DNA of 39,012 nucleotides from Catajapyx aquilonaris. Its lineage: Eukaryota. The stretch spans positions 1 through 39,012 of the forward strand of contig KZ539098.1 of assembly GCA_000934665.2 (NCBI GenBank), read 5' to 3'. The notes under the pieces were generated by a model. That model saw only the letters and a program-made list of their open reading frames with translations. It was not told the origin of the DNA and searched no databases. How positions within the stretch are numbered: position 1 is the first letter of the stretch; each line of letters begins with the position of its first letter. This document shows positions 1 to 19,268 of this stretch, one piece after another. The position numbers and the translations under genes are program-made.

Positions 1-953
1 AGTGGAGACGCAGACCCGCAGCTGCAGAGAGGCTAAATCTTATCCAGGACTATTAATAGCCCAGCCTGCGAGTAATAAGGAGAATGGACTGTACTGCATG
101 TCACATAATCGCATCTGATTAAGACATTGCACCTGCAGCGGTGGTGTCTCCTCCCAGAAATCCCCATCCCTACCATATATCCTTTCTTCCCTGCACGGTG
201 TCTGAAGAAAGGGGGAAAAAATCATAGAAAATTGAATGGAAAATATGGTGGTGTTCCACCCCCGAAGAGGGGCCATGGCCCTATCACGAGGTAACATTAA
301 ATAATTAAATAAATTTGTAAATGCCATATTAAGATATCGCTGGTGACATCTATTAATACTCAATGATATGACCGTTGATACTCAGTCACATCACTCTGGA
401 CCACTCCGGCTTTTTCGTGCTGAGAACATTTTGCAAAAATTCAATTAAATTAGGCGAGATGTTTACGCTAGAGGCTAGATCCCCGACGCGACGCGAAGCT
501 TAAAAAAATTCAAGGTCTGGATTCCAGCCAACAAACTTCCTTGATGCATTAACCGGTACTCATCCATTTTTCAGTGCTTTTCCTGCAAGTACAGCACAGC
601 GAATAACTACTTGATCTGAAAATTCTCCAATACCCTTGCTTGACTTTGTGGCGACGCAGAAAAATTAGAGCCGATGTTGGCAATGTAAATGTTGGAGGAA
701 GTCGTAACGTTCACTTTGTTGTAATGCGTATGTCTTTGTTTTGAAAGTCGTGCCTGCTGCCAAGAGGTCAGGTTTCATTCATTGAGAAATGAGCTGGTTA
801 AGTGACATGCGGTCAGAAGGAAGTATTGTAGGATGAATAGCTAATGACAGAAGAAGAATAAATATGAGGAGAGGTTAAGAGGCTGCATTGCATTCATTTC
901 TGATACTTATTGTACGAAAATATTCCTAAAGTTGCCAGAAATGAAAATAGCAT

Positions 954-1742
954 CTAGTAAAAGTAATGGTATAGTATGACATTTAACACAAGCACGTTAA
1001 ACTGCGCCAATTCGATGATGCACGTGATGGCCGTGGCTGTAATCTGAGGAGGAAATTATTAGGAATAGTACAACATAACTCCCTGTAAAATATTGCCAGA
1101 GTATACAGAGTGGAAATGCTGCTTAATTCAGAGACTCCAACAACGAGACAGGAAATAATATTGTGATGGATGACTCGTTTCATTCCACCCTTCAGCACTC
1201 GAACTTGGAGATGACTTGGGCAGAGTGCCATCTTGTACCCCCAACATCAAGCAGTTGTTATTCTTACGGCAATGAGCAGGCTTCTGCTGTCCACGCCGAA
1301 CAGTCTGGCTCCGGTCATGTGAAAGGAACGCGTCGTCATGCGCTGACACAGCTACAGGACCTGATCATGTCCATCTTCCTGTCCAAGTTGTCAACCTGCT
1401 GGAACACGACGCATATGTTTCCGAAGTTTAGTTGCACAATGACGAACTGCACGCAGGAGCTGACCAGATGGTTGTAGTTATCCATCGTCGGAGTGTACTG
1501 CTCGGTGTCGTTGAACTTAGCATATACTCGACGCAGAAGTACTTTGGGTCCTCCTTCCATCAGGTACATCAACAGGTACTCCAGGTACAGCACCGATGGA
1601 AACACGAGGAAGGAGACCCATTCCCTTCGCATATATATACGGCCCTTTGAGGATGCTGCGAGAGGGAGAGAGACCAGTTGTCATGGGCCAGGACACCCAA
1701 AGGTACGAAGGACCAGTGTACGTCGTCGCACCGGGTCTGCAT
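954..1742 (-). pseudogene. Gustatory receptor pseudogene (two frameshifts, large internal deletion)
   Basis: Pieces across three frames: MQTRCDDVHWSFVPLGVLA / MTTGLSPSRSILKGPY / RREWVSFLVFP...YNHLVSSCVQFVIVQLNFGNICVVFQQVDNLDRKM. These align with the N-terminus of the GR at 23130 (HAFRPLAILAKIMGLFP..NGPYGREWITVFIFP..YNQLFSACSYYLLYQINFKEMCDVVKRLNKFDAKI). They are followed directly by a penultimate-type exon 1351-1268 (LCQRMTTRSFHMTGARLFGVDSRSLLIA, ag..gt flanked) and a last exon 1043-954 (ITATAITCIIELAQF.., a degenerate TYhhhhhQF). The central TM region is missing. Confidence 0.85.
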
Positions 1743-3531
1743 TTGGCACAGATAACGAGGCCGCCATATCGGAGCACTTCCTCCTCTCACCGAATCTAGA
1801 ATCAGACAGGTCAAAACGCCAGAATAAAACTCGTCTTAAAATAACGCAGCATCTATTTGCAAGGACGTCCCAAGCCTTAAATATTGTTGTGCGTAAACAT
1901 TGTTTTCAGATGTTGTTTCCCAATTTGACGAAGTAATTATAATTGATTACACTGCGCTGAAAATGTAGTTAATGTTGAATAAATTGCTCTGCTGGGATCA
2001 CACACCTGCTGCAGACAGCCATTGATGAAAAAAAGAGTTACGTAATGAGGCCATAATATTATCCTGGATTGCCTGGCAGAGTTAAAGGTCCTGGGGGGGG
2101 GGGGGGGGGACACCNATACACCCACGTGGTCGGCTCTCTTTAACTCATTCACAATCAGAGTTGATTCACTATTCTTACCCACTTCCTTTGGCTATGTTTG
2201 GAGTCAGCGTCTATTTTTTGTTACGGAGCGTCGCGTCGCTGCTGACGAGGCGTTGGCCTGGCATTTCGGAGCTAGGTCTTCTTCACGTTGATGTATTATC
2301 CCCCATCAACCTCAGCTTCAGAAGGTCCCACTGAGGGGAAGTATTTATTGCGGGATAATTAGTGCGTGGCAAGTACAGCAGCTAACTTGATCTCTTGTCA
2401 CAATATCGCGCAACTATAGATGGAACGGCACTGACAGAATGCCAATGAACTCTGTTTACGCAATTAATCTGATCCTGAAAGAGTACTGACTGATACCGAC
2501 TATAATGTGTGGAATAATATTTATCTGAAGCTATTATTAGCTGCAATTTTTTGTGCGGTTGCGTCTCTCCTGTTGACAAGAATCATTCACTATAGTTACT
2601 CAAGGCCCTGTTATCTATTACTCTCCTTCAGATGCTTTTTAAAAATGTGGTCTGGTAGCTATAGCCTACGTAACAGCTGGAGAGGCGTGTTCCCAAAGTC
2701 AAGAGGGAGTGAATGACGAATGTATGGATTGGTTTACCCGTCAGAAATATAGGATATCAGAAACACATGAGGATTTCACTAGGCATTGATCAGTGTTTGT
2801 ACGGAAGCAGTCAAGTCTGGGGAAGCAAAATGGGGATGATTTACTGCAGAAATTGGTGTCCATGAGTGTTTGCCAAATTGGATAATTTCCTTCGCAATGT
2901 ATTGTGTCAGGCTACAAAAGCGATGGCCGCAAAATTGCGAAGGCGCCAAAAGGTTGGCAACCAATGCAACTGGTTTCGCAGTACTAAATGCTCGCAAAAA
3001 CAAAACAAAAAAATCAGGGCTTACTTACAAATTACGATTAATATAATAAACTGTCATTTGGGATACATTTTTAGCAAACCCTTCCAAAATCTGCCTCACA
3101 AATCACAGAAATAACTCTGTGAGTCACCTGCTGGCCATCATTCATTAACGTATTTCGATCCCATATTGCACTAATTTAGCTGGTAAAAATCAATCATTTA
3201 TCGTGTACTGTACAGTACAATGTATTGCCAAAATGTACCCAAACAGCACAATCGATAATGAACTGCACAAAGATGACCTGCACTTTGCACACTAATATGA
3301 AGTAGGCCAGTTATCAATAACTCGTGAAACAAATTGCTTACTCCTGACACTTACACATATTAATTAAGCCGTTATGTTGGATTTTTGATGTCATAAGTGC
3401 GACCATAATGTCCTGCATAGTATCCACTGCGTAGTGTTAGAAAGCAAATTAATAATTAGCACGTCTTTTAAGTAGCATTGCCAGTGAGAAAAGCTGTCGG
3501 TGGATTACATTGAATATTCCGTTTGTACAGA

Positions 3532-5505
<1,974 letters not shown>

Positions 5506-5880
5506 AGCAACTTGGATTTAATTACAACTAAAGCGGGCAATGCCTGAGGATGTAGCGACTCATTACACCCTGTTTTCGGCCAGGTTGTCTATGTACAACT
5601 GAGACAATGCACTGGCTAATTTGCCACAGCAGTTGGGTCTCGTGCTTTGTCAAAGATCGAGCGACAATCGAGTTGCCAATCACTCGCAAAAAGGTCGATA
5701 AAATGAGGTCAATGGCACGGGTGACATCCATTCGCGGAAAATTATGACTGTGATTTGAAGTGATAGTAAGTGTCACTCAGTGGAACAATTTGTCACCTTC
5801 GGAATTTTCGCTGCTAACAATGACGAGCCGTGATTCAGTCACTTTTTGGCGCAAAAGGCCAGTTCCAAAAAGGTGACAGC

Positions 5881-5926
5881 TGACCTCATAGTGGACAAGT
5901 GATGGCCCCTGCTGTGATGTATAAAA
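5881..5926 (+). promoter_or_regulatory. Core promoter of the Pro-rich gene (TGACCT half-site + TATAAAA)
   Basis: TATAAAA at 5920-5926, 50 nt before ATG 5970; TGACCTCA at 5881. The same arrangement occurs at 21749-21790. Confidence 0.6.
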
Positions 5927-5969
5927 GCAGGTGTGACTCGTTTGGTGACAACACTTGCAAGCCAACAGG

Positions 5970-7410
5970 ATGAAGCGATTTGTCGTGTTGGCAGCCTGGC
6001 TTATTGCAGCCGCCGTTGTAAGTATAACCCACCATTATTAACGTGACGAGTGCAATGTTAGCTTCAACAGATCTCATTTTTGTCCACTTTATTGCAGGCT
6101 GCTCCTCGAAGTAAGTATCGCAGAGCTCATCGGGGTTATTACCAAAATAGGAAAATATATGTAGTAACACCGGAGCAATAAGTTTGGTCGTTGACTTGCT
6201 CGGTTCTTGGTCGCTTTTTTTATTTTAAAAAACGAGAGAAGAGTTACTTTTGAGGTAAATCAGGATACGCGGACAAACTTGCTCCGAGACACTTTATGAA
6301 TCCAGCCTCTGGCATCAACATTATTCTTCCAGATGGCATAATAAGTGCCAGAGATTAATTTTGTCCAAGTGCTAAAGAACCTATGGTTTATTTTATACAG
6401 CTCCAAGTTACGCCGCTGGTCTCGGTTTAGGCAGAGTGTACGACCAAAAAGGTACAGTGCAATATATTATTATGTATACAGGCATTCTACCCGTCTATCT
6501 CGTCTCGTGGCTAGGGCGAAGTCAGTCAGCTACCAAACAATGTTCCGCTTCCGTATAATTAAATGCTGCGTTAATCTTTACAGCTTTAGATGGACAGAGT
6601 GGTTACGGATTCCGAGCAAACCCTGTGGAAATCCTGACTAATGTTGCATCCGGCCTAGTTCCTGTTAAATTACCACGTGAGTACATAGTCCTATCTTGTA
6701 AAAATTGCGGGGATTGGAAGTCCTGCTAGTCGCATTAAGAAATGTTGCACTTCGACTTTTCTGCACACTGCAGTGCAGTTCAACCTCTCCTCATAACGGA
6801 ACTTATGTTCATATTCTCTTTCAGTGTTGGAAACAATAGCGGACGACTACGACGACGACGACGACGATGACTGCCCTCCTCCCCCGCCTCCCCCACCGCC
6901 TCCCCCGCCCCCACCTCCAGAGGATTGGTCTGATGACGACCATGATGCCTTTCTCATGGCGGTCGAGACGACTCCTCCACCACCTGAACCAACTCCTCCT
7001 CCTCCACCACCACCTCCAGAAGTAGCAGCAGTTGTAGCAGAAGAAGCAGAAGAACCCACCACCGCACCACCACCACCCCCNNNNNNNNNNNNNNNNNNNN
7101 NNNNNNNNNNNNNNNNNNNNNNNNNNNNNNNNNNNNNNNNNNNNNNNNNNNNNNNNNNNNNNNNNNNNNNNNNNNNNNNNNNNNNNNNNNNNNNNNNNNN
7201 NNNNNNNNNNNNNNNNNNNNNNNNNNNNNNNNNNNNNNNNNNNNNNNNNNNNNNNNNNNNNNNNNNNNNNNNNNNNNNNNNNNNNNNNNNNNNNNNNNNN
7301 NNNNNNNNNNNNNNNNNNNNNNNNNNNNNNNNNNNNNNNNNNNNNNAGACTTGGCCCAAGATTGCGACGATACCACCACCGCTCCTCCCCCACCCCCACC
7401 ATACTTGTGA
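5970..7410 (+). CDS. Secreted Asp/Glu- and polyproline-rich protein (spans an assembly gap)
   Basis: Exons 5970-6017 (MKRFVVLAAWLIAAAV), 6098-6110 (AAPR micro-exon), 6401-6451, 6584-6676 and 6825-7410, all with ag/gt boundaries and matching phases. The last exon encodes DDYDDDDDDDCPPPP...TTAPPPP. After the gap the best frame reads DLAQDCDDTTTAPPPPPPYL* (TGA 7408-7410), followed by AATAAA at 7452. Extra micro-exons between 6110 and 6401 are possible. Confidence 0.8.
7081..7346. other. Assembly gap inside a polyproline-coding repeat
   Basis: Run of N flanked by CCN-codon repeats. Confidence 0.99.
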
Positions 7411-9043
7411 TTAACTAAGTCATCATTAGTGTCATCATTTTGTTTCTGATAAATAAAGGAGCTAATCTCTTGAACAGTAAGCGTGATATTTAATAACCTG
7501 GTGACGCAGCACAGCCTCTATATAATGAAGGATCATGTCGTCTGTTGACCACAGTTGTTGTTGGAAGAGACAGTGAACCACGTTGACCGCCCCATTGGTT
7601 GCATATCTGTGACTGGTTGCTGGAGTACACAATCCATAACATTCGTCCTCACTTCATCCTCTAGAATTGCGGACTTGGGAATTTCACCATCATTAACGTT
7701 GTCGCAAGAATAAAAATAATGTTATTAATATCACATCTGCATGATTAATTATAGGAGTCAATCCCTTGTTAGATTAGAGCCTAAGCAATCAAAGAAAAAA
7801 ATAACTTCCTGGGTGAGTGGGCTTAAAAGTTGGCCAATTCTGACAGGATATATTTTACTGTTTTTTATACTAAACTACAGCTGTGACACCCTTCATTAAC
7901 TGGTTAGCCTAGCTAATAAGGAATTTCTCGTCCATTTATTGAGGAAACGTCACTCAGTGGCACAGGTAATAAGGTACATCTTTCATCGAAGTTCCCGAAT
8001 AATATTTACTGAGTCACATCTTATTGTTAATATGAACATTCGACACATCCAGTAAAAACATTAGTATTTTTAAAATATACTGTACACACAATTTCTCACT
8101 TTTCACTTGAACTTTGAGCAGCATATTGATGATGCTGACAATGTCAACGGCGCGGCGGAGAGAGTACTATAGTCTTGTGTGTCAAAATGACTGCACAAGA
8201 ACATCACTCTGCTGGGCAGCAAGGAGTGAGCACCAACCGCAACACTTTCATTTTTTGAATGCAAAGTAACCCCTGATTAGATTTTTCCTCACTGTTTTCC
8301 CTAAAACAAACGCGAGCAAATATTTCTTGTTATTAACTGTTGAAAATTACTAATTAACCAACTCTTAATGGAAAATGTTTTGTGGAGAAATCCGACCCGA
8401 TTTTGTTTCCATTAATTTGGTGCTCTAGGTGCGAAAGTGTATGACAATGTTAAACGATTGCTGTATGCCTATATAGGATGTACAGTACAGCACTCTAAAT
8501 TGTTGCATTTAACACATCGACTTCCATTATGAAAAAATAATTAAAAATGAGATACGTGTGCTTCGCGTTCTTAAACTTGTTCAAACATAATATTTAATTG
8601 TGAACCTCATTCAGAAGATATTGTTGCATTGTGTTGCAAATGGCGGGCGTGTTTGTAACCTGCCTACACAAAATTGCTCGTAATTTGTTGCTATACTAGT
8701 AATATTTTTTATCATGGATATAAAGAAGCAGTTTTTCTGGCAATAATGCATAATATTATATTGCATACCTGAAATAAAACTGGCTGGTACAAGTGGAATA
8801 TTACCGGTGTTGAATCAGTGGTTAGAATCCTCGCCTGTTCTTATAGTTCTATTCCCAAAACATTTTAAACTGTTGCAGAAAATTTAATGTCTCGCCATCA
8901 TGTAACTAGGTGCTGAAACAACATGAAGAATATTATCATCATTCAACCTGCGAACCAGAGAAAACTAGTGCAACCAATCGCAAAATGTATAACTATTATC
9001 AACACTCTTTTAGATTTACAAAATGTCTGATATTATATCATTA

Positions 9044-10938
<1,895 letters not shown>

Positions 10939-11718
10939 GTCAGGTGATCTTGCCATGAGCACTGCATCTGCCCCACATACCAACAACTATTATATACCAA
11001 CTGCAAGGCTCACACCTTTGACCTTTCCATCACTGCAAAGTCTTCATCGCCATTTCCTTCCTTCACTTTTCTTGGAAGTCCGCAGTGATTAGATAGGCTC
11101 TGGGTCGGATGACTGCTCCTTATTAACCTCAATTATCAATAACCTGCTCGTATTTTGCAACCCTGTCCCTTCGCCACGCTTGTCCAAACGCACCTCAGAG
11201 ATTCAATATCCTATAGGTCCACATCTTCTTTCCAATGCTCCAAGTCCACCAGGAGTGCTACTTTTTCGGAATGAGCTCAGGGCATGAATGTTATCCAACT
11301 CTAAGTAACGACCAAGATAATTTCCGTATATGGGACAGTTATAGGCAAATCCAACCTTCTGCACAGTTTCTATCTTTATTGGAACAGTACAATAATTTCG
11401 TTTCAATTGAACCACCAACTACTGCATTACTTTGCTCACGACAACACCACCAGGAGGGGTATGACCATACACCTTATAGACCTAACCAGGACCTCAGTAC
11501 TTTCAATGTCCTCGTCCTATGACAAGGATGAAAAATTGTAGCCAGAATATCCTTGGCTGGAAAGTTGGTTTAGAATCTTACCACATTAGTACTTTTCCAT
11601 TATTTCCAGATAATGCGAGATAATGAGCTGTTAGAGCCCATGCAAATCAAAAAAATTATATTGGTAATGGGTCAATATATTCTGACAGTGTATCGTCTTC
11701 TCTACACACTGGATGTTT

Positions 11719-13763
<2,045 letters not shown>

Positions 13764-15505
13764 CGCTATAGTGAGCATGTGAAAAGCTGGACCTGCTACT
13801 GATGAGGAGACGAAACCAAATGCTTTGCAGATTTGCCGTCCAGCCATTTCCCCACGTAATTAGACTGATGAAGCAAGCCAACTGACCGGTAGGAAATGAG
13901 GTCAAGGTTATGAGATAATCTGGGCAGCCAACATCAAAGTGCATCATTGTGATCCTGAGTATGTGCTATACGGTACTGTACACAGGATCCGGGTCACAGA
14001 GTAAGGCAAAACAATAATGGATTACGGATGATATTCCAATAACCAGTTCGAAGAGCAGCAAGCCATTCTTCGTGATTGTTATTAACTTGAAGATGACGTG
14101 ACCCATCCAAAGTGGAGGAAACATTACGTCGGATTGTTTTGGCAATTATAATATTTTGTTACGCAATGCTTTCGGATTTTTTTGTGGGAGATTACTCTCC
14201 ATTAGCCATCCAATGTCACTCCCTTGCCTTTATTTGCCAACACCGTCTATCCTGTTTCCATGCAGGACACCAGCCATTATGGAAGTTGCTAGGCACAAAA
14301 TTGGCTGCATTCAATGTTTTTTTTGGCTGGTAATGATATCAGCAATTACGTGTAACGTTAGATAATGTTCAGATTTATACGACACTTGGTTAATTTGAAT
14401 TATTTATGACTACATCTATACCGTCGACAGATACATTTTAATATCCTCCTTCTATGTCTCTATGATGTGATTCAATCAGGGAGACAGCTCTTTCGAATGA
14501 TAAATTCAGGAACACAGCACACTAACATGGTCTGACTATTTATTAGTCAGGCGATACTAGCGAGAGGAGTCTGTTTTAAAAAAATACAGCTGTATTATAT
14601 GTGAAATTGTCATTATTTGATTTTGCATTGTTATTCGGATTGTTTAGTTTCCGACATTATTTTCACTTAGTAACTTAATATATTGGCCTTTATAGGTTGC
14701 AACGCTCTGTAAAAAATAGCGTTAATTCAGGGTTACATGTCAACCAGGAAATTGAAATTCAAAACCATTACTGGCATTTCTCAAAACTAATGTAGCCTAA
14801 TAACCAATATTTGGTAATGGCAATACATACGAGTAAATCACATATTTTTTCATTTGCAATTATTTGTCACGATTACAATACATGTAAAAACACAATAATT
14901 TCTTGCGAAAATTTAGAGGACATTGACATTTTTGTCAAGGTCAGAGAGTAATGATTGCAACATTTTCAATGCACCTGTCATTTTGATTAATGCATTTTAT
15001 TCGACTCTAATAATTCCTGACAGGGAATCACTCATGCAGGGTGAGGCTGTATCGGTAAGTATTCACGTTTAAAAACAGTATATTGACGACTACCAAACTG
15101 AACGGCCAAACCCAACCTCTACTCTTATTCACCAGTGCCACCCCTCACCTCCAGGTGAGAAGGATCAATCCAAGAGCCCCTCCTAGCAGCGTAACTCTTT
15201 GCAATACAAACACAATACACTGACACATAATTTGCCACAACCTCCTTTACTCCCATATGTCATTATTTTGCTCTGCAATTCCGAGAAGTGCATGAAAGAG
15301 TCGCGGTTATTTCGATCCAGCAGGAAGTGACAACATTCAAAGTAAATGGAGGGAAAAGAGAGTGTGCCATAGATTGCTTATTGATGTGCTGCATTTTGTA
15401 CTATTATACAGGAAGGAAAACACTCAAAACAGTTAATAAAATATCCACGAATCTTTCCAAACTTTTCGGTTAGGACAAAATAAAGTTTAGTGATGTTGCT
15501 GCACA

Positions 15506-17147
15506 CTAGTTCTTGAACTGGGCCACGACGACGAGGTATGTCATTATCACAGCCGCAAACTAGAAGAAGATATGCAACTAGTTTACAAGTGCTAAAGGAT
15601 TTTAAAATTATGTTGGAACGTTACCAACCGAGGTTAGGACACTCCTGTTGATTACGAAAAAATCAGTCGCCGTCATTTGAACCTTCTCTTGAGACACTCT
15701 CTGCAACAACGCCTGAAACTAGAATCAATTGGAGTGTACAGGGTGACTCTATAAAGTCTGGACACATAATTATGTACTAATATTGCATTGTGTGTAATAC
15801 CCATGATAATAATGTCACATAGACCACATAATTTTGCATTTAACTATACCATTTCTTAATTCTTGTGCTTTTGCCCGTTCACTTTCCCTGCCAGTGCCAA
15901 TAGCTGTATTGTGCAATGGCACTTTTTAGCAGATTTTTTAAGCACGAAAATTTGGCTACTTCCCTGACAAGCAGTCCTACGTACCTGCTCTTGATCTTTT
16001 TCTCCCAAGGATAGCGTTCGGACTCTTCGAAGGTAAGGCAACACCTCCATTGACTGCCAGTAGGAATATATTTCATAATCAATTTTGCGATATAATAGTA
16101 TATAATATGCAAAACCATTACCTTGGACGCAACGTTTCCGATCCCAAATGTCATGGCCACGAGCATAACGAGAGACAGAACTCCATCGATGTCTAGAGGC
16201 AGCGAGGTGTACCAATCCCATGTCGAGTTGATACCAAGCAAGAGAACAGCTCCGAATAAAAACACCTTGTAGATCAGAAAAGGGTACGTCACGGCAAGCA
16301 TGATTCCAAGGCATCGGCTCATGTCCTCCACAATCTCGTGGAGATGATCAAACGCGCCGCAAAATTCGGACAGCGTCCCGGACACGTCCAGCTGCTTCGG
16401 GAGTGTCCATCCCATCTGCTCGGTCGGGACATCCTCGTGAGGCTGGTACGGACACCCAACCAGCCACACCTTTTCTGTGTCGTCTCCTACTGGTACCAGC
16501 GTCTTCCCTGCGAAAGTCCTGGGAAGATGCTGGACCAGGTGCATCACTTGCGTGTTGAACGCGGCGAATCGCATGCAAACTGCTTTGGACATGAACAGGA
16601 CGTGAAGGGTTGGCATCAGGTTGACCAAGTTGGTGTACAGTAAGGTCAGAAAGTGCACGCCAACGTCCCATCGTAGCTCTAGGGTGTACCACTGTGCAAC
16701 ATACGCAGGCAGGAACAAAGTTAAGTACGCCGCACCGGACAGGACCAAATACACTCCATACTTTCTCAATTCGCGATTTCCCACGCTTGTACCAATTTTG
16801 TTGTCAAAATCTGAAACCTTATCGATCAGACGGCAGAACCTTGTGAAGCACATCTGGTACGACACAAAATTGCATGCCCAGGTCAGAGTTTCCAGGCACG
16901 TTTTCCCGGTGGTGACATACGCCTTGACGTTGTCGAAGGTCAGAAACATGCCTTTGAACAGATCCCAGCGGAGTACCATAGTGAACACGTGTTTCGACAC
17001 CTGCAGGCTCAAAAATACGATGGTCGTTACCCTCTCACGCGATCCGTACGGTCCTCGCAGCAAATTCCTCGCAGGAAACAGCCCGAGACACTTTGTCAAA
17101 ATTGCGATGGGCAACTGGGCCCTAAGAAACGTGTACTGCTCCGTCAT
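15506..17147 (-). CDS. Gustatory receptor-like 7TM chemoreceptor (GR-A)
   Basis: Long first exon 17147-16122 with multiple hydrophobic helices, then three short phase-0 exons 16053-15985, ~15712-15629 and 15559-15506, ending TYLVVVAQFKN*. The TYhhhhhQF motif and three C-terminal phase-0 introns are hallmarks of the arthropod GR family. Confidence 0.92.
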
Positions 17148-17316
17148 TTTGTCGCCAAACTGTGTACGAAATGGACAGTTGCAAATAAGGGAAGGAGAGA
17201 CATGCACCACCCATTTATGGATCACAATATATTTGCTAATGGCTCCAAAGGGCGCATGCGGACGTGTTCAGGTGTCAACCGCGGATCTGAACTCAAGTCG
17301 TTAATCGGTGTCAAAG

Positions 17317-18810
17317 ATGGCCAAAGAAGTGACCTTTATGGAGGCTTGCAGGCCCCTGACCCTCCTGACCAAGCTTGTTGGAATCTTTCCGGTCAAAGGG
17401 CAGTCGCTGCAATCAGGACGTGTCACACGGGCATGGCCTTGCTTCCTGATATTCCCGGTCTTGTTCGCAATTAAAATTTACACCCTGTTTCTCCTGGAAG
17501 TTGGCAATTACGAGCAGTGGGCAGGAGTTGACCGCACCATCATGGTGGCGGACAAGTGCAACGAGACAGTACTGTTGGTCTGCTACTTTGTATTGTACCA
17601 GGTCAAACTGGGGAAAATCTGCAATGTGATGGCCAGAATAGCCGAATTTGACACCAAAATGACCTACTGTCTGAACAGGAAGATAAGAATAACGAACCTG
17701 TTCTTGGCTCTCTTGGTGTTGATGTACACTCTGGTCAAACTGGTCAGCTCAATTATGACCTGGGTCAGTTCAGACCGATGGTACCTGCTGGTCCTGTACT
17801 CTGTCGGATACGTCCACAGCCAAATGCTGTACGTCCTGCCGCCGGTACAGGTCATGTCCGTGACCTGGTCCGTGTGCCAGCGCATCCGGTTTGTTCAAAC
17901 CAAATTGCAGAAGCTGGTACGACACCTTCCGACCCGCTTCGCCCAGCAATCAGCAATTGTCGATGACGTTAAGAGATCTGTCAAAATCCACGTCGTGTCT
18001 TCAGACCTGCCTTCAGACAACGAGCACGACGTGGCCAAAACTCTGTCCGAGTACCACGGCGGATACAACGAACTTTGCGAGATTGTTGAGGACGTGAACG
18101 ACGCCTTTGGTCTGATCATAGCAGTCATTTATTTCTCGAAGCTGATCAGTATAATCGTCTGCTCCAGCTTCCTGCTCTTTAGCGTGTCGACATCGGACGG
18201 AAAAGGCGGCCTCTCGATCATGTTCATGGTGAAGGAGCTCTTCTACATAAGCGTCGTCGTCGTGCTGACCACCTCTCTGGGGGAAGTGCCTGCTGAGGTG
18301 CTGTTGCCATTGTAATAATTTATTGTAAAACATTACAGCCGTTTTATGTTACAGCTGAAGAGATCCCTGCCTGATCTGTGCCGAGTGAAGCTGTTGGGCC
18401 TAGGTCAGCACTGCAGAGATGAGGTATACCGTCTGTGTTTTGGTCTCTTTCATATTTAATATAAGGGTGATGGGAAGTGCCTAAGTTTTAAGACGTAATT
18501 TAAAAATAATAATAATATGCATCTGATAGATATTTCTTTCTACTTCAGTTGACTAGTCTGATCCAGCGAATGTCCAGTCTGGATCTGCAAGTGACGGCTG
18601 CGAATTTTTTCTCTGTCGGAAGAAACATCATCACTTCGGTAATTACGTTAGAGAAAATTATTAATGTGTAATTTCCTTGTAATGAAGCTGAGTGCATTTC
18701 TTTCGCAGATACTTGGGGCTATAGCAACATACATTATTGTCGTGGTTCAGTTACGTTCCTCCCCTACGGAACATGCGAATAATCCAAACAACAGCACAGC
18801 AGGATTGTAG
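17317..18810 (+). CDS. Gustatory receptor-like (GR-B)
   Basis: Exons 17317-18297, 18355-18423, 18549-18638, 18709-18810; C-terminus VTAANFFSVGRNIITS|ILGAIATYIIVVVQL. Confidence 0.92.
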
Positions 18811-19268
18811 TTATTTTTTAAATCCTCCTATAGCGATTATGTCAACATACACTTACATAACTTATACTGTAGCTGTATAGCAGATGATTTTACAGCGCCA
18901 GGACACGTTTGGCAGAAAGTTTCCTTGAGAGTGAAATATTGAATCCCCAGCATGGTAAAGCACTGAAATGATATAAATATATTAATTATTATAATGGCTT
19001 CCTGAAAAGGGCTTTAAAATGATTACACTCTTGCATTATTCATGGCGGGGTTATCGTGTAATGTCATATAGATTTTCACTGGGAGAAGCGGTCGTTATTC
19101 ATAATGGGCATAGTCCAGTACTCCACCCCTTTGATTATTTTTTCTCCTCAAACCCAGCACAAAGCTAGCACAAAGCGGTCCTCCATCCATGACAAATCAA
19201 TGGTAAGGCGCAGTTCACATTGTCGTCCTGTATAGCACATCATTCTCATCCGTGACATTAAGTCAAAT

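Noticed and set aside
1..36. Possible 3' end of an upstream CDS (SGDADPQLQRG*)
   Set aside because: Only 11 codons, with no identifiable motif.
6821..7402. Minus-strand Gly/Trp/Val-rich ORFs over the gap
   Set aside because: Antisense shadows of the polyproline exon, kept open by Ns.
11180..11192. TTGTCCAAACGCA resembling part of miR-219
   Set aside because: The seed (GAUUGUC) is not present and no pairing arm was found.
15737..15765. TACAGGGTG... resembling a Tc1/mariner terminal repeat
   Set aside because: No matching opposite end or transposase sequence was found.
16621..17304. 227-aa plus-strand ORF and other long ORFs antisense to GR, protease and FREP exons
   Set aside because: Explained by GC3-rich codon usage of the real genes on the opposite strand; no motifs.
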